Shown: positions 1 through 9,470, counted from the stretch's first letter. The stretch: DNA of 42,259 nucleotides from Paraburkholderia sp. (GCF_034668105.1 NZ_JAXDPY010000636.1:1-42259), one strand, 5' to 3'. The notes: generated by a model not told the origin, from the letters alone. Program-made: numbers and translations.

Positions 1-32
1 ATATCGCCTGAGCCAGTCTGGGAAATGAAAGG

Positions 33-68
33 ACTTAATCGTTTAGAGCCGGACTTAAACGTTTAAGT
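33..68. promoter_or_regulatory. Tandem palindromic operator-like sites (LacI-family-like)
   Basis: Perfect 16-bp palindrome ACTTAAACGTTTAAGT (53-68) with a degenerate copy ACTTAATCGTTTAGAG (33-48) 20 bp upstream. The central AANCGTTT is typical of LacI/GalR operators. Confidence 0.45.
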
Positions 69-170
69 TGACGCATTTGACAAGACGAAGCCATCGCTTG
101 TCAATGGGGGCGCACCATGAGATTTGCGGACAGCGGGCGAGGTTCGGCCCAGCCTCCATGCGCGCAGAAG

Positions 171-368
171 CTACGTTTCGACCAGGACTTCCGCCGGCTT
201 GCGCGCCAGATCGACGAACGCCTTCAGGTAGTCAATTTCGGTGTCCGTCTCGCGCGCGCCCAAAAAAATCTGCTTGGCGATCCCCTTTCGCCCGAGCCGC
301 ACCGGAACGATGTTCATCTTGCCGGCATACTCTTCCACCAGCCAGCGCGGCAGCGCGGCGACGCCTCG
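171..368 (-). pseudogene. metR: 3' remnant of MetR (LysR-family methionine regulator)
   Basis: Minus strand reads [57 protein letters not shown], recognisable as the betaproteobacterial MetR C-terminus. The HTH and start codon are absent. Confidence 0.8.
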
Positions 369-947
369 TTCGTGCGCGACGACCAGCCGCGTTCGGTCTC
401 GTGCTACCAGTTGGCACTGGCGATCCGCGAAGAAGTGCTGGACCTCGAGAAGGCCGGCGTGCGCGTGATCCAGATCGACGAGGCCGCCTTGCGCGAGGGC
501 TTGCCGCTGCGTAAGGCGCAGTGGAAGGAATACCTCGACTGGGCGGTGCAATCTTTCCGCATCACGGCGAACGGTGTGGAAGACGAGACGCAGATCCACA
601 CGCATATGCGCTATTCGGAGTTCAACGACATCATCGCGTCGATCGCCGACATGGACGCCGACGTGATCACGATCGAGACCTCGCGCTCGGACATGGAGTT
701 GCTGGACGCGTTCGACACCTTCAACTATCCGAACGAAATCGGCCCGGGCGTGTACGACATCCACTCGCCGAACATCCCCACGCAGGAGCACATCGTGCAA
801 CTGATGAAGAAGGCCGCCGAGCGCATTCCGGCGCAGCGCCTGTGGGTGAATCCGGACTGCGGTCTGAAGACGCGGCAGTGGGAAGAAGTCATTCCGGCGC
901 TGACCAACATGGTGGCGGCTGCGAGGACACTGCGCGCTTCCGTCTGA
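366..947 (+). pseudogene. metE: 3' remnant of cobalamin-independent methionine synthase MetE
   Basis: [69 protein letters not shown] is the MetE C-terminal barrel. Homology starts abruptly at 366, and the zinc-ligand Cys of HxC is Arg (CGC at 609-611). Confidence 0.9.
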
Positions 948-1014
948 GGCGCGTACGCCGTCGCCAAGGTCTGGATAATTGACGGCAACCATCACGCCCA
1001 GCTACCCTTCCGCC

Positions 1015-1187
1015 TTGATGGTTCCCGTCACTCGGGATCAAAAGGGAACGCAGTACGAGCAGCCATGCTCCGAGTCTGCGGCTGCCCCCGCAACTGTAAG
1101 CGGCGAGTCCGTGCCATTCATGACCACTGGAGCCCCGGGAAGGTCGGCACGCGACGTTGACCCGCGAGCCAGGAGACCTGCCATCAA
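1015..1187 (+). ncRNA. Cobalamin (B12) riboswitch
   Basis: Conserved elements in the correct order: GGTTCCC..AAAAGGGAA, GCCCCCGCAACTGTAA, CCACTG..GGGAAGG, AGCCAGGAGACCTGCC. The 5' TTGATGG pairs with the 3' CCATCAA. It lies directly upstream of a BtuB-like gene. Confidence 0.95.
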
Positions 1188-1286
1188 GCCGAGGTCTGCG
1201 CAGCCGCACCGGGCGGGGTGTCCCGATGCGCAAGCACCGCCTTTGCGGTGCCCGTTGCAACGACAGCCCACGCCTCAGGATCTTTA

Positions 1287-3266
1287 ATGTCCACTGCAGT
1301 TCAAACCGGTTCCCCGCAAGGGACCTTGCGCCGACGCGTCGTCGGCATGTATGGCGTTCTCGCCGTGTTGTCAGTCTGCGCGTCGCAAGCTGCACAGGCC
1401 GCGGACGACGCGTCGTTGCCAGCAGCCGCGCAAGCGCCAGCTGAAACCACGCTGCCGAATATCGTCGTCACCGGCGACACGCAACATCTGCCGCAATCGT
1501 TCGACCAACGCTACGCCACGACCCAGGTCCTGACACGCGCCGATCTCGAGCGTCTGTCTCCGGCCGACCCGAGTATCACGCAAGCCCTCGCCACGTTGCC
1601 TGGCGTCACCGTTTCGCAAAACGGCGGCCCGGGTTCGTTTGCCTCGGTCAGCATCCGGGGTTCATCCGGCAGTCAGGTCGCCGTGTTTATCGACGGCATC
1701 CGGGTCGGCTCCGTCACCACCGGCCAGGCCGCGTGGGCGGATCTCCCAACCTCCGCGTTCGACCGTGTCGAAGTCATCTCAGGGCCGGCGGCCGCGTCGT
1801 TCGGTGCGGCGGCGATGGGCGGCGTGGTGCAGTTGTTCACCAACCATGCGTCCAATCAGCCGAACCGGACCGCGATCTCCACGGGCGGCGGTTCGAACAA
1901 GACCTTCGACACGCAAATCCGGACCTCGGGCACGATTCCTTCTTCGGGTCCGCTCTCGGGATTGTCCGGGCTGACCTACTCGCTCGGCCTGCACGACTAC
2001 AACACCGCGGGGATCGATGCGACCCAGCCGTATGCGTTGGGTCACGAGGATGGCCGCAACCCGTACCACGCGCAGGACGTGGATGCACGCCTCGGCTATA
2101 CGCGCGGCAACTGGTCGCTCTCCACGTTCGCCCTGTACCACAAGTCAGATCTCTCATACGACAGTGCCGGTAGCGCCGACCGGCAGCTCGATCATCAGTT
2201 GACAACGGGCCTCGCGTTTCACTGGGACATCACGCCGACCAGCCAGTTCGACCAGTCGGTGGGCTATGCCACGGACCGCCAGTTCCTCTACGCCGACGAC
2301 CCCGCCATTCCGACCGATGAGATCGACTCGACGCGTTTCAGCACGTCGACTTCGTTGACCCATCAGGAAAAGGGGGCGACGCTGTTCGGTCTGCCGCTAT
2401 CCGGAGAGACGAAGCTCGCCTACGACTTCAGCCGCGAGCAAGCTTTCCTGCCGGTCGATATCCCGCAGGGCGTGCCGACGCGCAACGATTCAGCGGTGTC
2501 GCTCCATCAGTCGACCACGCTCGGTGCACTGACCGTGTTCCTTGCGGGCCGTCACGAGATCATTCAGGGACGGCCGGTCAATACCGGCAATGTCGCCGTG
2601 GCCTATGCGATCACACCGGTTTATACGGCGCGCGTTTCGTACGGCAATGCATTCCGTCTGCCGACCTTCAACGACCTCTACTACCCGGGCTTTGGGAATC
2701 CGAACCTGTTGCCCGAGCGCAGCGACTCGATCGAAGCGGCGCTGGACGCAGCGACTTCGTTCGGCACTTTCACGGCCGCCGTTTATGACACGCGTGTCCA
2801 TGACCTCATCTCGTACAACTCCGCGACGTTTCTGCCCGTGAATATCGGACGCGCGCACATCCAGGGTATCGATCTGTCGTACAAGGGCACGCTCGGTAAA
2901 TCGACGCCCGTCAGTCTCGCGATCGGGCTGCTGAATCCGCAGGACGTGACCGACCAGACGTGGCTTAACCGCCGTCCGCGCCAGACGGTCAGTCTGAGCG
3001 TCGATCACACGTGGGACGAGTTCCATCTTCACGCGCTCAGCACCGGCGTCTCGCTGCTTTATGGCGGATCAACCTTCGACGATCAGCTCAACTCGATCTA
3101 TCTGCCGTCGTACACAACGGTTGCTTTGCGTGCTGCTTATAAGGTCAATTCGCATCTCACCGTGTCGGCCAATCTGTCGAATCTGTTCAACCGGCAGTAC
3201 GTCACTGCATACGGGTACAACACGTTGGGACGTACGGCGTTTGGGAAGCTGACTTATACGTTCTAA
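1287..3266 (+). CDS. btuB: TonB-dependent vitamin B12 receptor
   Basis: Signal peptide, TonB box (PNIVVTG), plug motifs (LATLPGV..SIRGS..VFIDG..RVEVISGPAA), YGNAFRLPTFNDLYYPG, terminal Phe. Lies under a B12 riboswitch; ATG 1287 follows AGGA. Confidence 0.9.
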   Translation: MSTAVQTGSPQGTLRRRVVGMYGVLAVLSVCASQAAQAADDASLPAAAQAPAETTLPNIVVTGDTQHLPQSFDQRYATTQVLTRADLERLSPADPSITQALATLPGVTVSQNGGPGSFASVSIRGSSGSQVAVFIDGIRVGSVTTGQAAWADLPTSAFDRVEVISGPAAASFGAAAMGGVVQLFTNHASNQPNRTAISTGGGSNKTFDTQIRTSGTIPSSGPLSGLSGLTYSLGLHDYNTAGIDATQPYALGHEDGRNPYHAQDVDARLGYTRGNWSLSTFALYHKSDLSYDSAGSADRQLDHQLTTGLAFHWDITPTSQFDQSVGYATDRQFLYADDPAIPTDEIDSTRFSTSTSLTHQEKGATLFGLPLSGETKLAYDFSREQAFLPVDIPQGVPTRNDSAVSLHQSTTLGALTVFLAGRHEIIQGRPVNTGNVAVAYAITPVYTARVSYGNAFRLPTFNDLYYPGFGNPNLLPERSDSIEAALDAATSFGTFTAAVYDTRVHDLISYNSATFLPVNIGRAHIQGIDLSYKGTLGKSTPVSLAIGLLNPQDVTDQTWLNRRPRQTVSLSVDHTWDEFHLHALSTGVSLLYGGSTFDDQLNSIYLPSYTTVALRAAYKVNSHLTVSANLSNLFNRQYVTAYGYNTLGRTAFGKLTYTF

Positions 3267-3276
3267 GCGGTAAATG

Positions 3277-3313
3277 GCCCTCCCTCCGGGCGGCCCGAAC
3301 GGCTGGGAGGGCG
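3277..3313 (+). terminator. Hairpin after btuB
   Basis: GCCCTCCC...GGGAGGGC inverted repeat just after the btuB stop; no clear U-tract. Confidence 0.35.
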
Positions 3314-3454
3314 CCAGTTCCGGTCCTCACTCTGGACAGATGATCGACCACCGCCTGCTCAGGGTTTTTCCTGATCTCAATCGATGTCGATATCCGGATC
3401 ATCGAATCGTCGTAGGAGTATGTCCAACTTCTCCAGGTGAAAGGCGAACACACC

Positions 3455-3901
3455 ATGACTACCGGAACCGTCAATCTTCATCGCGTCTTGCGCGCGACGC
3501 CCGAACGCATCTATCGGGCCTTCCTCGAACCCGATGCGATAGCGAAGTGGCTGCCGCCCTATGGCTTCACCTGCCAGGTCCATCATCTGGATGCCCGCGT
3601 GGGCGGCACTCACAAGATGTCGTTCCGCAATTTCACCACCGGCAACAGCCACTCGTTCGGTGGCGAGTATGTCGAACTGGTGCCGTTCGAGACAATCCGC
3701 TACACGGACCGATTCGACGATACCAACCTGCCTGGCGAGATGCAGGTCACCGTTTCATTGCGGAAAGTGGTCTGCGGGACCGAGGTCACCATCACGCAGG
3801 CGGGCGTGCCCGAGGTCATTCCTGTGGAGATGTGCTACCTCGGCTGGCAGGAGTCGCTTGCGCAGCTGGCTAAACTGGTCGAGCCGGAGATTCCCGATTG
3901 A
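3455..3901 (+). CDS. SRPBCC/AHA1-like (START-fold) protein
   Basis: HRVLRATPERIYRAFLEPDAIAKWLPPYGF..DARVGG..GEYVELVP..GWQESLAQLAKLVE are typical AHSA1 motifs. Confidence 0.85.
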   Translation: MTTGTVNLHRVLRATPERIYRAFLEPDAIAKWLPPYGFTCQVHHLDARVGGTHKMSFRNFTTGNSHSFGGEYVELVPFETIRYTDRFDDTNLPGEMQVTVSLRKVVCGTEVTITQAGVPEVIPVEMCYLGWQESLAQLAKLVEPEIPD

Positions 3902-4031
3902 CTGCACGGAGTCGATATTTGACTGGTTCGCGTGCATGACGACCGCCGAAACGGGGTCATGTACGGGTTGCATGTTGAGTGAGCGGGTGGAAAGTCTGCA
4001 GATGTCAGCGCCGCGTCAACGAACGACCGGC

Positions 4032-4175
4032 GCGCGGCTGGCCGGTTCGTTCGAAAGCGGCGCGCTCAAGCCGTTCCCGATCGTCGACGACCACGTTTTC
4101 TCGCTCGACAAGGCAGCAGACGCCTATCGGATCGTGTTCAACGGCGCGCAGCATCGCGTGCTGCTCAAGCCATGA
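4032..4175 (+). pseudogene. C-terminal fragment of a zinc-binding alcohol dehydrogenase/quinone reductase
   Basis: LAGSFESGALKPFPIV..VFSLDKAADAYRIVFNGAQHRVLLKP* resembles an MDR-family C-terminus; there is no N-terminal part. Confidence 0.55.
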
Positions 4176-4187
4176 ACGTCACGCGCT

Positions 4188-4697
4188 TCGGCCGAGTTCG
4201 CAACGATGAGCCTGTTGCCGATGTTCGCGCGAGACCTTGGAATCGACGCGCCTACGGCGGGTCATGTGATCGGCGCCTACGCGCTGGGCGTTGTCGTGGG
4301 CGCGCCGGTCATTGCGCTAGTGGCGGCGCCGGTTGCCCGGCGCACCTTATTGACCATCCTGATGGGCATGTTCGCGCTGGCAAACGGGATGAGCGGCCTC
4401 GCGCCCACTTACCACTGGATGCTGGTCTTCCGGTTTCTCAGCGGGCTTCCTCACGGCGCCTATTTCGGCGCCGCGGCGCTGATGGCAACACTCGGCATCG
4501 GTGCGATCGGATTCGGCGGCATGTTCGCCGTCTATACGTATCTGGCCAACGTTCTCGGCGCGGTAACCGGCGTTTCCGCGCAATCGCTCCGGTCGTGCAA
4601 AGCGTACTTGGCCTGGGCTTTACGCGGCCTGGCCATCTCCGCGGGATACGGATGCACGGCGCCCGGGTGGGTCGGGAGTCTTCTCGCAATCGGCGGG
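4188..4697 (+). pseudogene. Decayed MFS transporter (AraJ/DHA1-like) with internal deletions
   Basis: AEFATMSLLP..AYALGVVVGAP..RFLSGLPHGAYFG (first helices) jumps to TLGIGAIGFGGMFAVYTY (TM7-like), then to GLAISAGYG..GWVG (last helices). About 165 aa remain of a family that is normally ~400 aa. Confidence 0.75.
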
Positions 4698-4705
4698 CGG
4701 GTCAC

Positions 4706-4825
4706 TCACATCTGTATTACGACTGCGATGATGACGGAGATGGCGAGGACCCCCAACTCGATGGCGGTGAAGCGGGGGTATCTCATGTTCATCATCATCC
4801 TCGTGCTCCGCAACAGGAATTTCAT
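4706..4825 (-). CDS. Putative 39-aa membrane peptide
   Basis: MKFLLRSTRMMMNMRYPRFTAIELGVLAISVIIAVVIQM*, preceded by AGAGGA; one hydrophobic helix; below the ORF-track cutoff. Confidence 0.35.
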   Translation of the reverse strand: MKFLLRSTRMMMNMRYPRFTAIELGVLAISVIIAVVIQM

Positions 4826-4902
4826 CAGGTACCGTCCTCTATCGTCACCGTGTGGTCTGCCGCATTGATGTACTCCCCTATTTCAGGGCATTCATGCGGA
4901 AC

Positions 4903-5145
4903 TCAGTCTTTCTGAGGAGATGAACGGCCTGATCTCGTTGCAGTCGTCATTGGCCACTGGCAGACCGCAAATCCGCTGCATTCCGCGGTCATGTCGGCGA
5001 AGCACTCCGCGCAGCAGACGGCGGTCATCTTCGGCCAAAGGCTTACCTGCTTCCGAACGCCCTCCTTCAACTCGCCGCATTCATTGCAGCGATCCAGCAC
5101 ACGGACCTGCAGCGGTCGCTTGTGCCACTTTTCGAGTGCGTTCAT
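4903..5145 (-). CDS. Small Cys-rich hypothetical protein (CxxC...CCxxC)
   Basis: MNALEKWHKRPLQVRVLDRCNECGELKE..AVCCAECF; zinc-ribbon-like spacing; GAGGG upstream. Confidence 0.55.
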   Translation of the reverse strand: MNALEKWHKRPLQVRVLDRCNECGELKEGVRKQVSLWPKMTAVCCAECFADMTAECSGFAVCQWPMTTATRSGRSSPQKD

Positions 5146-5146
5146 G

Positions 5147-5269
5147 TCAGCAGCCCTCGTGTTGATCAGCAAAGTCGACGGCGATGATGTTCGCGCCCGT
5201 CCTCCGCGGTTCTGCGAGCCTCGTATTGTCTCGGCCCGGCTCGAGCAAATCTCTTGAGTTCGTTCTCAT
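5147..5269 (-). CDS. Putative 40-aa protein
   Basis: MRTNSRDLLEPGRDNTRLAEPRRTGANIIAVDFADQHEGC*, with a GGAGAG RBS; the stop lies 1 nt before the next ATG (5145). Confidence 0.35.
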   Translation of the reverse strand: MRTNSRDLLEPGRDNTRLAEPRRTGANIIAVDFADQHEGC

Positions 5270-5627
5270 CGTGACTCTCCATGGAAATGGATACAGATGC
5301 TGCCGGGTTCAACGGCCCGGTAATACACGTTCTTATTCAACCAGCGGACGAACGTGTACTCGCCGAATGCGTTGCTACCGATATAAACCCGGTTATGCAG
5401 AGCGTTTGACATGGCCGAGATTCAAACGAAATCGCCAGGTCGATGGAATCAAGATAGACGGATGGTTCTCGGAAAACTATTCTACGAACGGTTGCCGCGG
5501 CCCTACGTGGACATAGTCCGCCTATACGAACGGATACCTCAAGGGGTGAGGAGGTCCGCGCAGCAAGCGTCGGCGCTGGGGCGAGCCCTGCTTTTCAGGC
5601 GCGACGACGGGCATTGCGCCCGCAATG

Positions 5628-6797
5628 TCAGAATCGGTGCCGCATCCCCACGACGAGCAACAACTGCCGATTGTTGGCGGACGGCGGCACGTTGAACATC
5701 GACGCGTTAAATAGCGGCATGCCACCGCCCCCGGTGACGACCTGGTAGAGGCTTTCCAGATAGACGTCGGTGCGTCGGCTAAAGGAATAGTCGGCCTGAG
5801 CGATGGCCTCGTGCCATTTTGGATCGAGATGCACGGTTCCTGAGTCGAAATGTCCATCGGTCAGCGTGTACGACGCACCAAGGCTCAACGCATGCGTGAC
5901 AAAGTACCGGCCATTGATTTCGAAGTTGTCGAACCGGAGATTGTTGCCATTGCCACTGGGAAACGCAGCACCTTCGCCGTACGCGCTGGTGACATTATTA
6001 AAGGCCGAATGCGTCCATACGAAGCCCACAGACGAGGCCCCAAAACTGTACTTTCCTCCGACTCCCCAGATCTGTTCCCGACCGCCGTTAATCACGGAAT
6101 CGTCGCTACTCTCGGCGCCGTTCGTGTTCACGTCGGTAGAACTGGCAGAGCGATCGACCTGCTCAAAGGCGGCCGCCAACGACACCGGGCCATTCGCGTA
6201 CCGGGTACCAAAGCTATACACCCGATTGTTGGAAAATTGGCCTGCCTCATTCGAGAAGCCGTACATACCTCCCGCCTGAAAACCGTTGTAAGTGACGCTG
6301 TCGAATCGTATCGAGTTGTTGACGCTCTGATGCCGGATCATGTCGTCGTTATCGAACGGATGATCAGCAAGATTCCCGCCCCATCCAATACCTTCGGCGC
6401 TCAGCGGCGACACCCATTCGGACATGAAAGCGTAGCGCCGCCCGAGGGTGACAGTCCCATACCGTGTCGAACGCAAGCCGACATAGGCCTGCCGCCCGAA
6501 GATGTCGCCCGTATTGCTGAGCTTGCCATTGGCGCTGGAGAAGCCGTCCTCGAGATCGAAAATAGCGGCAAGGCCATCGCCAAGGTCCTCCGTTCCCCGA
6601 AAGCCAAATCGCGACCCACTGATGCCACCGCTGTTCATCTCGACACCGCTGTGGCCCACGCCAGGTTTCCCCGTACCCTCGTTGTTCCCATAAATCACCG
6701 CGGTATCGATGATGCCGTAAAGCGTCACGCTGCTTTGTGCATAGCTGGTTCCCGCCCAGAGAAGTAGAACAGCCGCCGAAAAAGCCGAGTTCATCAT
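5628..6797 (-). CDS. Gram-negative (Burkholderia-type) porin
   Basis: Signal peptide then AQSSVTLYGIID, SRFGFRGTEDLGDGL, FGRQAYVGL, YSFSRRTDVY, terminal GMRHRF. Confidence 0.92.
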   Translation of the reverse strand: MMNSAFSAAVLLLWAGTSYAQSSVTLYGIIDTAVIYGNNEGTGKPGVGHSGVEMNSGGISGSRFGFRGTEDLGDGLAAIFDLEDGFSSANGKLSNTGDIFGRQAYVGLRSTRYGTVTLGRRYAFMSEWVSPLSAEGIGWGGNLADHPFDNDDMIRHQSVNNSIRFDSVTYNGFQAGGMYGFSNEAGQFSNNRVYSFGTRYANGPVSLAAAFEQVDRSASSTDVNTNGAESSDDSVINGGREQIWGVGGKYSFGASSVGFVWTHSAFNNVTSAYGEGAAFPSGNGNNLRFDNFEINGRYFVTHALSLGASYTLTDGHFDSGTVHLDPKWHEAIAQADYSFSRRTDVYLESLYQVVTGGGGMPLFNASMFNVPPSANNRQLLLVVGMRHRF

Positions 6798-7396
6798 TTG
6801 CACTTTCAAGATTCGTAGTTCAATGCATCGACAATCATCGCTATATATTGATTGATATAACGATAACAACAAAAAAAGGCGCTTGCCGCTGGTGCGCCCT
6901 GAGGGGATTTGGCCCGTCCAAATCGTAGCTGATGTGTTGATTTGAACGGGGTCACAATTCGCCGCCAATGCCGGGATCACAGTGCGACCCTTTGCATACA
7001 ATTAGCGCCGGCCAACCCTGTCAGGGACCTTTCTCTTTCTGCATCGCCGACACTACAACGTCGGGCCTGCATAGATTCGTAAGCCACTGCCCTGGCGTGG
7101 CGATACTTCCGGTTGGCCAGTCCTCAATGCAAGACGAACGGCGGCTAGCGCACCCAACGCGGAATCAATCGCTGGGGGTGGCTTGAAACGCTGTACGTTT
7201 GGCATGCTTCGAGGCATCCACGCGCTTGAATGAGCGTCGTCGGTCTCACATACTGACCTCAAGGAAACGCCGTCGGATCGCCATCTACGATCAGGAAATA
7301 TCGTGTAGTGCCAGAAGAGCTTCTGCGTGCACACCGGCAAAGCTTTCCGTTAACTGGCGAGATCTTAAATAGCCTTCAACCGAATCGGATGTACGT

Positions 7397-7531
7397 ATGC
7401 TTTTCGCTCTCCTGTTAGAACGCCTCGACCAGTGGCTGCAAAATGCCCAGTCGACCCGCTGTGTTGAACGCCTCGCAGCTTCGAAGGATATTGCCGAGCT
7501 TGAGCGTCGGATGAAAGAGTGTGACGACTAG
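7397..7531 (+). CDS. DUF3563-like small protein (44 aa)
   Basis: MLFALLLERLDQWLQNAQSTRCVERLAASKDIAELERRMKECDD*; the LA.S.DI.ELERR motif matches the Burkholderia DUF3563 family. Not in the ORF track. Confidence 0.65.
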   Translation: MLFALLLERLDQWLQNAQSTRCVERLAASKDIAELERRMKECDD

Positions 7532-7654
7532 CCCGCGCCAACCCCGGTCGCGAGCGATTGGCGATGGCGGCGCATACCGCTCTGCCCTGATCGGGCAGGA
7601 TCACCGAAGCATCAGGTCCAGAACAGACGTGATGCCCGGCGTCCCGTTTTCGAA

Positions 7655-8824
7655 CTAGCCTCGGAGATGATTCGCCAGGCTCTCCATCATCGCGTCGCAA
7701 CGGCTCAGTTGCTCCACCGTCACGAATTCATCCGGCTTGTGGCCTTGATCCATGCTACCTGGTCCGCACACGACTGCGGGAATACCTGCCGCGTCGTACA
7801 GGCCACCTTCCGTGCCGAAAGCAACGGTGCCAAACAGACGTGTGTCCGCCGCGACGCCGCTTAGTGCCGCGATCAGTCGGGCGCCATCGCTCTGCGGGTC
7901 CGTCGCGAGTCCCGGATAGGCGTTGAGGGTCTCGAAGCGAATCTCGGTGTCCGGCTGTACCGCGCGCATTTTCGGCAGCAGCGTCTCCCTCGCGTACGCT
8001 TCGAGCCGCGTTGCAACACTGCCGATGTCGAACCCAGGCACCCCGCGCACCTCAAAATCGAAATCGCATTCGGACGGGACGATGTTCAGCGCCCGGCCAC
8101 CGCGGATCACCCCTGCCTGCAGAGTCGAGAATGGCGGGTCGAACCGGGTATCGTGATGCTCCGGCTGCGCAAGCGCTTCTCCGATTTCGTCGAGCTTTCC
8201 TATCAGGCGCGCTGCGTAGTGAATGGCGTTGACGCCATACGGTGCATACGCGGAATGACAGGCCGAGCCCTTTACGCAACACCGCACCGCCATCTTTCCT
8301 TTATGACCGAGCACCGGCTGCATCCCGGTGGGCTCGCCGATCACGCAGACGCGCGGCCGGAAACCCCTCTTTCGCAGCTCCGTCAGGAGCGGCCGCACGC
8401 CGACGCAGCCGATCTCCTCATCGTAGGAGAAGGCAAGATGGACCGGCGCCGACAGCGGACGTTCAAGAAACGACGGCACGGCAGCGAGCACCGAAGCAAG
8501 GTAGCCCTTCATGTCGGCCGTGCCGCGTCCATAAAGCCGGCCGTCCTTTTCGGTGACTTCAAAAGGCGCAACTGTCCAGTCCTGACCGTCCACCGGCACG
8601 ACATCGGTGTGTCCCGAGAGCACGATTCCGCCGTCCGTCGCGGGCCCGATGGTCGCGAAGAGATTGGCCTTCGTTCGCTCTTCGTTATAAAAAAGCTCGC
8701 TCGCTACACCCAGATCGGCGAGGTAGCCCCGGATAAATTCGATAAGCTCAAGATTCGAGTCGCGGCTGACGGTCGGAAATCCAACCAGCTTGGCAAGCAT
8801 TTCCTTGCTCGACGGCTTGTTCAT
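7655..8824 (-). CDS. argE: Acetylornithine deacetylase (M20 family)
   Basis: LSGHTDVVP, LYGRGTADMKG, SYDEEIGC, IGEPT, FGTEGG, GPGSMDQGHKPDE. Confidence 0.9.
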   Translation of the reverse strand: MNKPSSKEMLAKLVGFPTVSRDSNLELIEFIRGYLADLGVASELFYNEERTKANLFATIGPATDGGIVLSGHTDVVPVDGQDWTVAPFEVTEKDGRLYGRGTADMKGYLASVLAAVPSFLERPLSAPVHLAFSYDEEIGCVGVRPLLTELRKRGFRPRVCVIGEPTGMQPVLGHKGKMAVRCCVKGSACHSAYAPYGVNAIHYAARLIGKLDEIGEALAQPEHHDTRFDPPFSTLQAGVIRGGRALNIVPSECDFDFEVRGVPGFDIGSVATRLEAYARETLLPKMRAVQPDTEIRFETLNAYPGLATDPQSDGARLIAALSGVAADTRLFGTVAFGTEGGLYDAAGIPAVVCGPGSMDQGHKPDEFVTVEQLSRCDAMMESLANHLRG

Positions 8825-8916
8825 CGTGTGACCTGACAAAGTGGGGTATGACGCATTGACTTCCGATGCGCCGAAAAAGGAAGAGCGTGTAACCGGCGCA
8901 CGCCGCAACGCACCTC

Positions 8917-9273
8917 TTAGCGCTTCTCATACGCAACGTAGTTGCGCTGAATGGCGATGTGATCGGCAATGTATTTTGCATCATGCCAGCATCCGTAGAT
9001 GAAAGACGATGCGCGATTGGTCAGCTCGGGAAGCCCCAGAAAATAGATGCCCGTTTCCGCCGAGATGCCGCGCTTATGAAATGGCATGCCGTTCTCGTCG
9101 AAAGCGCCGACCTCCAGCCAGCTGAAATCGAACTTGAACCCCGTGGCCCACAGAATCGTCTTGATGCCCGCTTTCGCCAGATCGAGTTGGAGGATCGGCT
9201 GCGTCAGGCAGGCGGGCGCGTCGAGTAGTTGCCACGCCTCGGGTTCCGGCGGCAGGTCGAGGCCGTTTCGTTC
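8917..9273 (-). pseudogene. C-terminal remnant of a flavin-containing monooxygenase/FAD-dependent oxidoreductase (within chimeric ORF 8917-9474)
   Basis: ERNGLDLPPEPEA..LDLAKAGIKTILWATGF..GIYFLGLP..SSFIYGCWHDAKYIADHI. The FAD/NADPH GxGxxG motifs are missing and the upstream part of the ORF is unrelated. Confidence 0.75.
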
Positions 9274-9470
9274 CCTCAGCCCGATCGCCCGGACGTTCCG
9301 AGCCTCGAAGCGCATGCGCGAGAGCAATTCGCGATCGGCGACAAGGCCTGGCAGACGTACCGTGGGCTGCACGCTGAAGCGCAAGAGGAGCGGCTGGCCG
9401 AAGAGGTCGAAGCCAAGCGGGCCAGCGTTCGCTGGGGCTGCTGCAATGAAGAAGCGCAGCCTCAACTCAC

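Noticed and set aside
117-947. 276-aa ORF as a stand-alone 'core' methionine synthase
   Set aside because: The first 83 codons are antisense metR and flanking DNA, the barrel is incomplete, and the HxC zinc ligand is mutated.
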